In this document: positions 1 to 9,925 of the stretch, in pieces | How the letters are laid out: every line of letters starts with the position of its first letter | Numbering within the stretch: position 1 is the first letter of the stretch | From: Patescibacteria group bacterium | GTDB taxonomy: Bacteria > Patescibacteriota > JABMPQ01 > JAQVVF01 | Direction of reading: 5' to 3' | DNA length: 64,000 nucleotides | Assembly: GCA_028699085.1 (NCBI GenBank) | Contig: JAQVVF010000002.1 | Span: 132,557 to 196,556 of the forward strand | Translations under genes and position numbers: made by a program | The notes under the pieces: generated by a model | The model's input: only the letters and a program-made list of their open reading frames with translations | The model's database searches: none | What the model was told of the DNA's origin: nothing

Positions 1-209
1 CAAATTCTGGCTCCTTTACTTTTTCTTCAGTATTTACATTCTGAACAACTTTATTGTTCTCATTTTCAGTAGCTATATTTAGCAATTCTTGGTACTCATT
101 TGCTATTCCTTGTTCTTTTTGCTTAAAGAATGTTACCAAAAACAAATCCAAAGCTAATAAAATAGCTAGAATTAAGATAACGAATGTAATTTTTAACGCA
201 TTTCGCATA
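1..209 (-). CDS. hypothetical membrane protein, N-terminal part (CDS continues beyond window start)
   Basis: Reverse complement from ATG at 207-209 reads MRNALKITFVILILAILLALDLFLVTFFKQKEQGIANEYQELL... with no stop before the window edge; hydrophobic TM helix near the N-terminus; not in ORF track because it runs off the edge. Confidence 0.35.
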
Positions 210-289
210 AATTTAGCTTGACGAACTATTCTAATATCTTAATATGATTTTAACAAGACTTTTCTCGCACTCTCACAAAGGAGGAAGAA

Positions 290-982
290 GTGATCGAACA
301 ACCAACAATATTTGATTTAATTATTTTGGCTGGAGCTAGTGGATCAGGTAAAGGCGAAGTTGCAAAAAGAATCAAAGCAGAAATTGGAGACGAATATGTT
401 GGACATAACGAATTTGATATGCTTTATTTTGACCGAAGTGATATGCCCAAAGAAGAACGTGACAAACTTGATTTTGATGATCCTAATGATTCATTGGACT
501 GGTTCGAAGTCATTCATTTTGCAATGTGTTTAAAAGAAGGAAAAACAGCTATTCTACCAGTTTATGACTTCAATACCCATACGCGAATTGCAGAAAAATC
601 GACAACTGTCCAACCAAAAAGATTCAACTTGTTAGACAGCCACATGGGGCTCTGGCACCCAAGACTAAGAGCATTGGCTAGAAAAAAAATATTTGTCGAA
701 ACTGATCTTGATATTTGCGCTTTTCGTCGCCAAGCAAGAGACACGCTACCTATTGAAGAAGGTGGACGCGGCAGAACAAACGAATCAGTCAGAGAGCAAT
801 GGCCCAAAGTCAGAGAAGCCTACAAATTACATTTTGAACCAACAAAACGATGGGCTGACATAATCGTTCCTGGCGGAGGAGAAAACTTTCAAGGTATCGA
901 ATTTATTACGAACTGGATGAAATATCAATTGCTTATCGAAACCCAACAAAAGTCAAAAAGATCACACAAAAAGAAAAATTAG
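290..982 (+). CDS. udk: uridine kinase (P-loop kinase, Udk family)
   Basis: P-loop ILAGASGSGKGEVA; LPVYDF..HTR, DLDICAFRR, ADIIVPGGGEN align with E. coli Udk; GTG start preceded by strong SD AAAGGAGGAAG (277-287); sigma70-like TTGACG-16-TAATAT upstream. Confidence 0.8.
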   Translation: MIEQPTIFDLIILAGASGSGKGEVAKRIKAEIGDEYVGHNEFDMLYFDRSDMPKEERDKLDFDDPNDSLDWFEVIHFAMCLKEGKTAILPVYDFNTHTRIAEKSTTVQPKRFNLLDSHMGLWHPRLRALARKKIFVETDLDICAFRRQARDTLPIEEGGRGRTNESVREQWPKVREAYKLHFEPTKRWADIIVPGGGENFQGIEFITNWMKYQLLIETQQKSKRSHKKKN

Positions 983-996
983 CTCATTTATTCAAA

Positions 997-1024
997 AGTC
1001 CAAACATAGTCTGGACTTTTTTAT
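997..1024 (+). terminator. rho-independent terminator after udk
   Basis: Hairpin AGTCCA-aacatagtc-TGGACT followed by TTTTTT. Confidence 0.6.
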
Positions 1025-1065
1025 TTGAAAAACAAATTCAATAGATTAGAAAATTAATTAGAACG

Positions 1066-3483
1066 TTAAATCACAATATTTATCAATCTTCCTTTTACAA
1101 AAATTATCTTCTTTATCTTCTTGCCAGCAATAAATTTCATTATTTTTTCTCTTTTCTGAACTAATTCACTCGCTTTTTCTTCAGAAATATCATTATTCAC
1201 TTCCATAAAATCTCTGACTTTGCCATTAACTTGAATAATTAATTTAATTTTAGCTTCTTTGGTTTTATTTTCATCAAATTCTGGCCAAGTTACTTTAAAT
1301 ACACTCTCCTTATTTCCAAGCATCTCCCACATTTCTTCACAAAAATGAGGTGCTAAAGGTGACAAAATAATTATTAAAGTCTCTAAATCTTTTTTAGAAA
1401 TTTTTTCTTTTTGCTTGTCCAATAAATTCAAAAATTCCATCAACGAAGCAATAATCGTATTATAATCCAAGTTTTCAATATCATTCGTCGCCTTTTTAAT
1501 TAACTTATTTCTTTCAATTTCAAAATGTTTCTCATTGCCTAAAGAATTAAGTGTTTTCGAAACTAAAAAGAAAAGTCTGCCAAAGAAACGCTCAATTCCA
1601 ACCACTCCTTCATCTCGAAAATCGCCACCTTGCTTTAATGGTCCGATAAACATCAAATATGTCCTCAATACATCAGCGCCATATTTTTCAATATAATCAT
1701 CTGGATTTATCACGTTACCTTTTGACTTGGACATCTTTGCGCCATCTTTAATAATCAAACCATGCGCTCTAAATTTTTTGAAAGGCTCTTCAAAATCAAC
1801 CATTCCTAGATCATACAAAACCATCGTTACAAATCTAGTATAAAGCAAATGAAGCACTGCATGTTCATGTCCGCCAATATACATATCTACTGGCAACCAT
1901 TTTTTTGTGATTTCTTTATCAAAAGGCTGATCTTTTATATCAACGCTTGGATAACGTAAAAAATACCAAGATGAATCCAAAAAAGTATCTGACACGTCAG
2001 TTTCTCTTTTTGCATCGCCACCACATTTCGGACATTTTGTTTCCACAAATTTCTCATTTCGCGCAAGTGGCGATCGATCAGTCCCATCTGGCATGTAATC
2101 ATCAGTTTTTGGCAATAAAACAGGTAAATCTTTTTCAGGAACTGGCACGGTTCCACATTTTTCACAATAAGCAATTGGAATCGGCGGTCCCCAAAATCTC
2201 TGTCTAGAAATACACCAATCACGCAATTTATAATTAATCTTAAATTTTCCACCAACGAATTCAGTAATTGCTTTCTTAGCTTCAACGTTCTTCATGCCAT
2301 CAAATTTTCCAGAGTTAATCAAAATTCCATCACCCGTATAACATTTTTGTTCAGCAATTTTAACTTTTTTTTCAGGTTCTACAACCTCAACAATCTCCAA
2401 GTCATATTTTTGGGCAAATTCAAAGTCCCTTTCATCATGTGCAGGTACAGCCATAATTGCACCAGTTCCATATCCAGACAAAACATAATCAGCCACAAAA
2501 ATCGGAATTTCTTTCTTGTTTGCTCGATTCACTGCCTTAATTCCTTTCAATTCAACACCAGTTTTTTCATTTGTTCTTTCCTGATCAGTCTTTTCTTTTG
2601 CTTTCTTAATATATTCTTCAACTTCATTCCAGTTTTCAATTTTCTCTTTATTCTCTTCAATAAATTTATGCTCTGGAGATAAAACTAAATAAGTACAGCC
2701 AAATAATGTATCAGGTCTGGTCGTAAAAACAGTTAGATTTGTAATTTGAGATTTGGGATTTGATTGGTCGTTGGTCATTGGAACTTGAAAATTAATCTCA
2801 GCTCCTTCCGACTTTCCAATCCAATTCTTTTGCGCTACTTTTGTCTTTTCTGTCCAATCAATTTTATCAATATTCTTTAACAATTTTTCAGCATAATCAG
2901 TAATTTTGAAAAACCATTGGCTCATATCTTTTTTTACAACTTCTGTTTTACATCTTTCACAAAGACCTGCTTCAACTTGTTCATCAGACAAAACAGTCAT
3001 GCACGAAGGACACCAATTCACAGCTGCCTTTTTTTTGTAAGCCAATCCCTTTTTGTACATTTGCAAAAATAGCCATTGTGTCCATTTATAATAATCTGGA
3101 TCATAAGTTTCTAAGGTTTTTGACCAATCATAAGAATTACCAATCATATGCAATTGTTTGTAGAAATTATTTTGAGTCTTTTCTGCCATTTCTGCTGGAT
3201 GAATTTTATTCTTAATTGCAAAATTTTCTGAATGAATACCAAAACCATCCAATCCAATTGGTTCAAAAACATCATTACCTTTTAGTCTCTGATACCTTCC
3301 ATATATATCCGAACCAGTAAAAGCATACATATTGCCAACATGCAAACCTTCGGCAGATGGATATGGAAACATCATCAAATTATAAAAAGGCTTTGCAGAA
3401 TTTTTTACATCAACTTGATAAAGCTTTTCTTCTTCCCATTTTTTCTGCCATTTTGCTTCAATTTTCTTAAAATCATATTTCAT
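1066..3483 (-). CDS. leuS: leucyl-tRNA synthetase
   Basis: 805 aa; PYPSAEGLHVGNMYAF (HIGH region reads HVGN), KMSKSKGN, WCISRQRFWGPPIP; full-length alignment to bacterial LeuRS. Confidence 0.95.
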   Translation of the reverse strand: MKYDFKKIEAKWQKKWEEEKLYQVDVKNSAKPFYNLMMFPYPSAEGLHVGNMYAFTGSDIYGRYQRLKGNDVFEPIGLDGFGIHSENFAIKNKIHPAEMAEKTQNNFYKQLHMIGNSYDWSKTLETYDPDYYKWTQWLFLQMYKKGLAYKKKAAVNWCPSCMTVLSDEQVEAGLCERCKTEVVKKDMSQWFFKITDYAEKLLKNIDKIDWTEKTKVAQKNWIGKSEGAEINFQVPMTNDQSNPKSQITNLTVFTTRPDTLFGCTYLVLSPEHKFIEENKEKIENWNEVEEYIKKAKEKTDQERTNEKTGVELKGIKAVNRANKKEIPIFVADYVLSGYGTGAIMAVPAHDERDFEFAQKYDLEIVEVVEPEKKVKIAEQKCYTGDGILINSGKFDGMKNVEAKKAITEFVGGKFKINYKLRDWCISRQRFWGPPIPIAYCEKCGTVPVPEKDLPVLLPKTDDYMPDGTDRSPLARNEKFVETKCPKCGGDAKRETDVSDTFLDSSWYFLRYPSVDIKDQPFDKEITKKWLPVDMYIGGHEHAVLHLLYTRFVTMVLYDLGMVDFEEPFKKFRAHGLIIKDGAKMSKSKGNVINPDDYIEKYGADVLRTYLMFIGPLKQGGDFRDEGVVGIERFFGRLFFLVSKTLNSLGNEKHFEIERNKLIKKATNDIENLDYNTIIASLMEFLNLLDKQKEKISKKDLETLIIILSPLAPHFCEEMWEMLGNKESVFKVTWPEFDENKTKEAKIKLIIQVNGKVRDFMEVNNDISEEKASELVQKREKIMKFIAGKKIKKIIFVKGRLINIVI

Positions 3484-3529
3484 AGATATTCGAAAAATAA
3501 TTCGTTAAATTCGAAAATTAATTAAGATG

Positions 3530-3832
3530 TTAGTTCGGTTTTTCCGGTTTCTTAGGTTTTCTTTTATCTGGAATAATCCGCATTGATGGTGGCAGTTCTG
3601 GTTCTTTCTTTTTATTTGGAACAATTTCTAAACCCTCTTCAGGACCAATTTCTGGCCTTTCTAAATCTTCTTGATTATTATTTTCTTTGTCTCCATTTGA
3701 ATAATCAATAATCTGACCAATTTCCTCATCATCACCAAAAATATTTGTTTTTTCAACTGACATATTTTTATACAAATTAAATTTCAAATAATTTGATTGC
3801 ATTTTCGTTAGTTGCCTTTTCCACTTCTTCAA
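3530..3832 (-). CDS. hypothetical small protein with acidic N-terminus and Lys/Pro-rich C-terminal tail (true start probably Met at 3763)
   Basis: ORF overlaps tatD 3' end by 56 nt if started at 3832; internal Met (MSVEKTNIF...) at 3763 removes the overlap; C-terminus PDKRKPKKPEKPN. Confidence 0.35.
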   Translation of the reverse strand: MKKWKRQLTKMQSNYLKFNLYKNMSVEKTNIFGDDEEIGQIIDYSNGDKENNNQEDLERPEIGPEEGLEIVPNKKKEPELPPSMRIIPDKRKPKKPEKPN

Positions 3833-4544
3833 AACTCAAATTTCTAATCTCTGCAATTTTTTCAATTACATATTTCACATACATCGGCTCATTTCTCTGT
3901 CCTCGAAAAACTTGTGGAGTAAGATATGGACAATCAGTCTCAACCATCATTCTATCTAAAGGCATTTTCTTTATTACTTCTGATACTTCTTCTTTCTTTT
4001 TATATGTAATTGCGCCTGTAAAAGAAATATTGAATCCTAAATCTAAAAATTTTTGTGCCGTCTCCCAATTTTCAAGATAGCAATGAATTACTCCAGATCT
4101 TTCGGAAAAAGTAAAAGATTTTACAATCTCAAAGATATCTGAATAAGAATCACGACCATGAATAATAACTGGTAAATTTAATTTTTGCGCAATTTCTAAC
4201 TGGAATCTAAACAATTCTTTCTGATGCTCAAAAGTCTTTTCTTTTTTAAAAATAACATAATCTAAACCACATTCACCAATTGCCACAACTTTCTTCATTC
4301 TCGCCAAATCTTCAAATTTTTTCTTAAAATCATTATCAATTTTCTTTTGCTCTTCTGGAAAAATTCCAACGCTTGCAAAAATGTTTTTGTAAGAATTTGC
4401 TAAATCAATTGATTCATAAGATCCTTGCAAACTCGTTCCAATATTAATGATCTTTTCAACTCCATTATCAAATGATCTTTTAATCACGGCCTCTCTGTCA
4501 ATATTATAATGTGTTGATTCTAAATGAGCATGAGTATCTATCAT
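3777..4544 (-). CDS. tatD: TatD-family metal-dependent hydrolase
   Basis: MIDTHAHLE N-terminal HxH motif; characteristic TatD His/Glu/Asp pattern throughout; 255 aa. Confidence 0.85.
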   Translation of the reverse strand: MIDTHAHLESTHYNIDREAVIKRSFDNGVEKIINIGTSLQGSYESIDLANSYKNIFASVGIFPEEQKKIDNDFKKKFEDLARMKKVVAIGECGLDYVIFKKEKTFEHQKELFRFQLEIAQKLNLPVIIHGRDSYSDIFEIVKSFTFSERSGVIHCYLENWETAQKFLDLGFNISFTGAITYKKKEEVSEVIKKMPLDRMMVETDCPYLTPQVFRGQRNEPMYVKYVIEKIAEIRNLSFEEVEKATNENAIKLFEI

Positions 4545-4554
4545 TAAAATAAAT

Positions 4555-4875
4555 TTAATTCTTTAATCCTGTACATCGCCAATTAATTTCTGCTGTCTTT
4601 TTTTCTACATCTATCACACAAGCTGGACTGCAACCCTCTTTCTTAGTCTTCAAATCAATCCACCAAGTTCTTGTATTTTCATTACAAGAAATCTCCGCCG
4701 TCAATCCCTCTTTATTACAATCGCTTGCTTGAGCAATTTTCAAAGCATCACTTTGTTTCATTCCTGTTGAATCTTTATTCGTTCCACAACTAAAATTTGC
4801 GATGTCTGTTGATGAACAACCACTAATCATAAAGACTACAAACAACAAACTTCCTACAATAAAAATTTTTTTCAT
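4555..4875 (-). CDS. hypothetical lipoprotein
   Basis: Signal peptide MKKIFIVGSLLFVVFMISGC with lipobox; Cys-containing mature part. Confidence 0.5.
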   Translation of the reverse strand: MKKIFIVGSLLFVVFMISGCSSTDIANFSCGTNKDSTGMKQSDALKIAQASDCNKEGLTAEISCNENTRTWWIDLKTKKEGCSPACVIDVEKKTAEINWRCTGLKN

Positions 4876-4921
4876 TTTTTACTTATTACTTTTACCTTTT
4901 TATTTTTGACTTTTTATTTTT

Positions 4922-5266
4922 TTAACACGTAATATGGAAAAATCCTACTACATCTCTTCCTTCTTTTTCCAATCTATTGTATTCATCAACTGCTTTAGTC
5001 GTATCAGAAATCATAACTTCTAAATTTTTCTCTTTAAAAAATTCCTTTGTTGCATCTGGAACTTTCATTTCTCCTCCATCACCAGTACCAATTACTACAA
5101 ATTTATCTTCTTCGTCCAAATAGTCTTTTACATCGATGACTCTCAATTCATGACCCTCTTCTCGAAACCATTCCTTTGCTAAAATCTCACCAGGCTTAAT
5201 AACAATATCAGACTTATATTCTTTGCCATCAATTAACATTAAACCAAATTCATATCTTTCTATCAT
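4922..5266 (-). CDS. Mth938-like domain protein (DUF498 family)
   Basis: 114 aa; pattern ...VIGTGDGGEMKVP...GFFHITC typical of the Mth938-like fold. Confidence 0.45.
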   Translation of the reverse strand: MIERYEFGLMLIDGKEYKSDIVIKPGEILAKEWFREEGHELRVIDVKDYLDEEDKFVVIGTGDGGEMKVPDATKEFFKEKNLEVMISDTTKAVDEYNRLEKEGRDVVGFFHITC

Positions 5267-5286
5267 AATTTTTAAATTAAATTTTA

Positions 5287-6801
5287 TTATATTCTTGGAA
5301 ATAAAGCTTGAGCCTTTTTTACCTGCAAATCTAAGTCAAAACGTTTCCATTTTTTCAATTTTGCATATTCTAATTTACTTTCTTCATCCCACATTGAGAA
5401 TTGTGTCAAAATATTTTCTGCTGTCTCTGGTAAAAATGGATAAATCATCCAAGCGATATGCCTGATTATTTCGATTAAGTTACACAATACTAAAGCGCAT
5501 TTTTCATCATCTTTTCCAAACAATTCCCATGGTTTTTCAACTGATATATATTCATTAGCAAATTTTACTAAACTGAAAGTAGTTTTCAAACTCTGATCAA
5601 TTTTATTTTCTTCCATAAACTTTTCATAATTCTTCCAAGCATTAGTAACTAACCTAACCACTTCTTTATTCTCTAACACCTTTCCTTTGCATTTCTTCAA
5701 ATCCAATTTCAAATACATTGCCGTAACTCTGCTCACCAAATTTCCTAAACCATTTGCTAAATTAGCATTAAATTGTTCATCAAATTTCTCTGCCTTTACA
5801 TCGCCATCTTGTCCAAAAGGAAATTGAGAGATAATTAAAAATCTTGCTGCATCAGATCCATATTTTTTTACTAAATCATTTGGATCAATCACATTGCCAA
5901 TCGTCTTGCTCATTTTCTGGCCATTCACTGTAAAATAACCATTTGCAAAAATATGCTTTGGAACTGCCAGCTTTGCTGCTAACAACATTGCCGGCCAATA
6001 AATTGCATGAAATTTTATAATATCCTTGCCCATCAAATGTAAATCTGTTGGCCAATATTTTTTAAAATTTGCATCATTAGAGCTTCCATATCCCAAAGCA
6101 GTAATATAATTTGATAATGCATCTACCCAAACATAAATTACTTGGCTTTCGTCCCAAGGCACTTTTATTCCCCATGCTACTTTTTCTCGAGAAACTGAAA
6201 AATTTTCTAATTCCTGCTTAAATAACCCCAATACTTCGGATCTGATATTCTCTGGCTCAATTTTTATCTTATCTTTTTCAATTAACTCCTGTACTTTCTT
6301 GGCATACTTATCAAGTTTGAAAAAATAATTTTTTTCCGAAATTTTGTCAGGACAAATTTTATGATCAGGACATTTACCATCAACTAATTCTTTTTCAGTC
6401 AAAAACTTTTCACAACCAGTACAATATAATCCTTCATACGATCCTTCATAAATTGCATCTGCTTCTCTCAATTTTTCAATAAATTTCTTAGCTCCAATTT
6501 CGTGTCTTTGATCCGTTGTTCTTATAAAATCATTATTGGAAATATTCAATGCATCCCAAAGTGAAGTATATAAAGCAGAAATTTCATCACAAAATTGTTT
6601 TGGAGTTTTGCCTACTTTTTCAGCAGATTTTGCTACCTTTGCCCCATGTTCATCTGTTCCTGTTAAAAAAAATACTTCATCACCAATAAAACGATGATAT
6701 CTCGCTAAAATATCAGCTGCAATCGTTGTATAAGCATGACCAAGATGCGGCTTATCATTTACGTAATAAATTGGTGTTGTTATATAAAATTTCTTTATCA
6801 T
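5287..6801 (-). CDS. metG: methionyl-tRNA synthetase
   Basis: TTPIYYVNDKPHLGHAYTT (HLGH), KMSKTIGNVIDP, zinc knuckle CTGCEKF...CPDHKICP. Confidence 0.95.
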   Translation of the reverse strand: MIKKFYITTPIYYVNDKPHLGHAYTTIAADILARYHRFIGDEVFFLTGTDEHGAKVAKSAEKVGKTPKQFCDEISALYTSLWDALNISNNDFIRTTDQRHEIGAKKFIEKLREADAIYEGSYEGLYCTGCEKFLTEKELVDGKCPDHKICPDKISEKNYFFKLDKYAKKVQELIEKDKIKIEPENIRSEVLGLFKQELENFSVSREKVAWGIKVPWDESQVIYVWVDALSNYITALGYGSSNDANFKKYWPTDLHLMGKDIIKFHAIYWPAMLLAAKLAVPKHIFANGYFTVNGQKMSKTIGNVIDPNDLVKKYGSDAARFLIISQFPFGQDGDVKAEKFDEQFNANLANGLGNLVSRVTAMYLKLDLKKCKGKVLENKEVVRLVTNAWKNYEKFMEENKIDQSLKTTFSLVKFANEYISVEKPWELFGKDDEKCALVLCNLIEIIRHIAWMIYPFLPETAENILTQFSMWDEESKLEYAKLKKWKRFDLDLQVKKAQALFPRI

Positions 6802-6806
6802 AAATA

Positions 6807-7460
6807 TTAATTTTTTATTATCACTACAAACTCTCCTTTTTCTTTAACTTTTTCCATAATTTCAGAAACTTTTCCTCGATATACTTCTTCAAAAATTTTT
6901 GTTAATTCTCGAGCTACAAATACCTCTTTATCACCAAGTTTTTCTAAAATATCACTCAAAGTTTTCTTAATTCTAAATGGCGACTCATAAAATACTATCA
7001 ATTTTTTCTCTTCCTGTAAAGATTTGAACATTGTTTCTCTGCCTTTTTTCTTTGGCAAAAAACCCAAAAAAACAAATTCGTTAGTATTAAATCCTGAAAT
7101 TGAAATAGCGGAGATACAAGCTGAAACTCCAGGAATAATAATTACCTTAATATTATTTTTATATGCTTCGTTAACTAATACGTCTCCAGGATCAGAAATG
7201 GTCGGCGTTCCTGCATCAGAAACTAAGGCAATATTCTTGCCATTTTTTAATTCACTAATCAGCAAATCAATTTTCTGTAATTTGCTATATTGATGATAAG
7301 AAAGCAAAGATTTATTAATTTCATATCTCGCCAACAATTTTGCCGTCACTCTAGTATCTTCGCAAGCAATCAAATCAACGCTCTTCAATATTTCTAAAGC
7401 GCGCAAAGTAATATCTTTCAAATTTCCAATTGGAGTTCCAACCACATACAATATGCCCAT
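6807..7460 (-). CDS. rsmI: 16S rRNA (cytidine1402-2'-O)-methyltransferase RsmI
   Basis: MGILYVVGTPIGNLKDITLRALEIL...ACEDTR; tetrapyrrole-methylase fold typical of RsmI; 5 nt from metG start (operon). Confidence 0.85.
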   Translation of the reverse strand: MGILYVVGTPIGNLKDITLRALEILKSVDLIACEDTRVTAKLLARYEINKSLLSYHQYSKLQKIDLLISELKNGKNIALVSDAGTPTISDPGDVLVNEAYKNNIKVIIIPGVSACISAISISGFNTNEFVFLGFLPKKKGRETMFKSLQEEKKLIVFYESPFRIKKTLSDILEKLGDKEVFVARELTKIFEEVYRGKVSEIMEKVKEKGEFVVIIKN

Positions 7461-7483
7461 ACAACAAATTTAAAATTTATTAA

Positions 7484-8638
7484 TTATTCTATGTCTTTCT
7501 TTTCTGGAGGAATTTCTGTTGTTCTTTTCGTAATTTCTGTTTTTTCAACTTTCACTCCAGCTAATTTCGGTTCACAAATTTCTGTTTTCAATTTATCTTC
7601 ATCTTTTTTATCTCTTTCATCAAACATATCCTTCAAGAAAACAGAAATCAAAGTCGCAGCCGGAACAGCAACTATTGCACCAAGAACACCAGCCAATTTC
7701 ACAGCAACTAAGATTACCAAAATAATCACCAGCGGATTCAATCCAACAACCTTTTGCATTATTTTCGGAACTAAAAGATGATTTTCTAGTTGCTGAACTA
7801 AAAAATATAAAATTACTACTAACAAAGCCAGTAAAGGCGATTGCGCTGACGCAATTAATACTGCTGGAATGGCAGAAATTACCGGACCAATATATGGCAC
7901 AACTTCAAGGATACCTGCAACTAACGCTAATACCAATGCATATTTTACACCCATTAAAGATAAGCCAATATATATTACAACCCCAACTATTAATCCTAAT
8001 AATAATTGTCCTCTTAACCACTTACCAACTTGAAGCTGCATTCTGCCAACTAAATCTTCAACATATGGACGATGACGAAATGGCACGATTGACCGAATAA
8101 ATTTTTTGAAACTTCCTTCCTCAACAATAAAATAAAATGACAAAACAAAGATCATAACAATAGATAGAATTCCCCCAAATAGACTAGAAAAAAAATCGTA
8201 TACACTTGATGCCGCCCCTCCAATTTTATCTTCCAATGAAGTCAATATTTCTTTTGCTTTTTCTAAACTTTGTTCTTGAGAATAACCAGTAAATTCTGAA
8301 ACTTTTTCAAATACAGTTTGAAAATAACCCGGCAAAACTTCAACCAATTGCCGTGTCTGTTCAATTAATGGCGGAACTAAAAGATAAACAACCAATGCAA
8401 TTAGACCAAGTAAAATCAAGAAAAGGAAAAGGGAGCTAATACCACGAGGAATTCTCTTTTTTTGTAACCAATCTACTACCGGATCTAATCCTGAAGCAAT
8501 CACTAACGCCACAAAAATAAGCAACAAGATATCCTTGACTGCAAACAAAAACATCAACAACAAAACAATCAAAACTGCTCTCAAAAAAGTAGCATAGGAA
8601 ACATCAAAAACTACTTTTCGATCTAAAAATTTTTGCAT
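7484..8638 (-). CDS. AI-2E family transporter (PerM/YdiK-like) with charged C-terminal tail
   Basis: Eight predicted TM segments, LENHLLVPKIMQK motif region, Lys/Glu-rich C-terminus. Confidence 0.8.
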   Translation of the reverse strand: MQKFLDRKVVFDVSYATFLRAVLIVLLLMFLFAVKDILLLIFVALVIASGLDPVVDWLQKKRIPRGISSLFLFLILLGLIALVVYLLVPPLIEQTRQLVEVLPGYFQTVFEKVSEFTGYSQEQSLEKAKEILTSLEDKIGGAASSVYDFFSSLFGGILSIVMIFVLSFYFIVEEGSFKKFIRSIVPFRHRPYVEDLVGRMQLQVGKWLRGQLLLGLIVGVVIYIGLSLMGVKYALVLALVAGILEVVPYIGPVISAIPAVLIASAQSPLLALLVVILYFLVQQLENHLLVPKIMQKVVGLNPLVIILVILVAVKLAGVLGAIVAVPAATLISVFLKDMFDERDKKDEDKLKTEICEPKLAGVKVEKTEITKRTTEIPPEKKDIE

Positions 8639-8657
8639 ATAAATTTATATTAAAAAA

Positions 8658-9923
8658 TTACAAACTTAACAATTTCAAATACTTCTCTTTATCTTCAATC
8701 GGCCCGATCATTGATAAATTTAATTTTTCATTTACAAAAATTTCTTGGGCATTTTTTTGGACATCATCTGCTGTCACAGCATCAATCTTTTTAAACTTTT
8801 CTTCGATTGTCTCAATCTTGTTTTTCAAAACTTCTTGCATTGAAAAAAACATTGCTTTCTCATCTGAAGATTCTAAGCCAATCAAAGTCTTGCCCTTAAT
8901 AAATTCTTTGGCTTTATTTAATTCTTTTTCAGAAACTTTTATATCTCTGATCTTCTTAAATTCATCAATACAAACTTTTATTGCCTCATCTGCATTCTCA
9001 TTTCTAACTCCAGCTTGAACAGCTAAGTAACCAGAATCCGTATATTCCTCTTGTTCTGCTCGAACATAATAAGCTAGTCCTCTTTTTTCTCGAATTTCTG
9101 AAAATAATCTTGAACTCATTCCACCGCCCAAAATAACTGATAATAATAACAACGGATAACGTTTAGGAGAAAACATATCAAAAGCTCTTACTCCCAAACA
9201 CAAATGAGTTTGATCTGTTTTTTTATTAAAAACCAAAATTTCTGCTTTATCTTGCTTCTCAACAACTTTTTCTTTGTCTTTTCTTCCCCCATCAACGAAT
9301 TCATCTAAATATTTATCTGCTAAATCAATGCTCTTTTGTTCATCCATATTTCCAGCCATACAAACAACTGCGTTTTTTATTAAATAATGATTTTTAAAAT
9401 AATTAACAAAATCATCACGCTTAACTCCTAAAATAGATTCTCGATGACCAATAACTAATTCTCCTGCCGGCGCTTTTCCATATAATAATTTTTCAAATAA
9501 TTCTGGAACATATCTTGTCGGCATATCTTGATACATATTCATTTCTTCAATAATAACACCTCTCTCTTTTTCTATTTCTGCGCTATCAAATTTCGAATGA
9601 AGCAAAATATCAGAAACAAAATCAACTCCCCGTTCGATGTGTTTTGAGGCTACTTTAGCGTAATATCCAGTATATTCTTTAGATGTAAAAGCATTGTATT
9701 CTCCACCAACCTCGTCTAAATATTCAGAAATTGCCATTGCATCTGCTCTTTTTGTAGTACCTTTAAAAAACATGTGCTCTAGAAAATGAGACAATCCAGC
9801 TATTTTGTCAGTTTCATATTTTGAACCAACACAAAAAAGCACCAAAAAAGTTGTTGTATCAATATCTTTTACTGGTACATGAATAAATCTTAATCCAGAT
9901 TTTAAACTAGTTTTTTTATACAT
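8658..9923 (-). CDS. M16-family (insulinase/pitrilysin-like) zinc peptidase
   Basis: Inverted zinc motif GLSHFLEHMFFKGT (HxxEH), downstream NAFTS...T.Y; 421 aa. Confidence 0.8.
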   Translation of the reverse strand: MYKKTSLKSGLRFIHVPVKDIDTTTFLVLFCVGSKYETDKIAGLSHFLEHMFFKGTTKRADAMAISEYLDEVGGEYNAFTSKEYTGYYAKVASKHIERGVDFVSDILLHSKFDSAEIEKERGVIIEEMNMYQDMPTRYVPELFEKLLYGKAPAGELVIGHRESILGVKRDDFVNYFKNHYLIKNAVVCMAGNMDEQKSIDLADKYLDEFVDGGRKDKEKVVEKQDKAEILVFNKKTDQTHLCLGVRAFDMFSPKRYPLLLLSVILGGGMSSRLFSEIREKRGLAYYVRAEQEEYTDSGYLAVQAGVRNENADEAIKVCIDEFKKIRDIKVSEKELNKAKEFIKGKTLIGLESSDEKAMFFSMQEVLKNKIETIEEKFKKIDAVTADDVQKNAQEIFVNEKLNLSMIGPIEDKEKYLKLLSL

Positions 9924-9925
9924 AA

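Noticed and set aside
1066-3483. LeuRS HIGH motif reading HVGN instead of HMGH
   Set aside because: Noted as unusual, but KMSKS and the rest of the enzyme are canonical and a single substitution cannot be interpreted functionally from sequence alone; mentioned only in the feature evidence.
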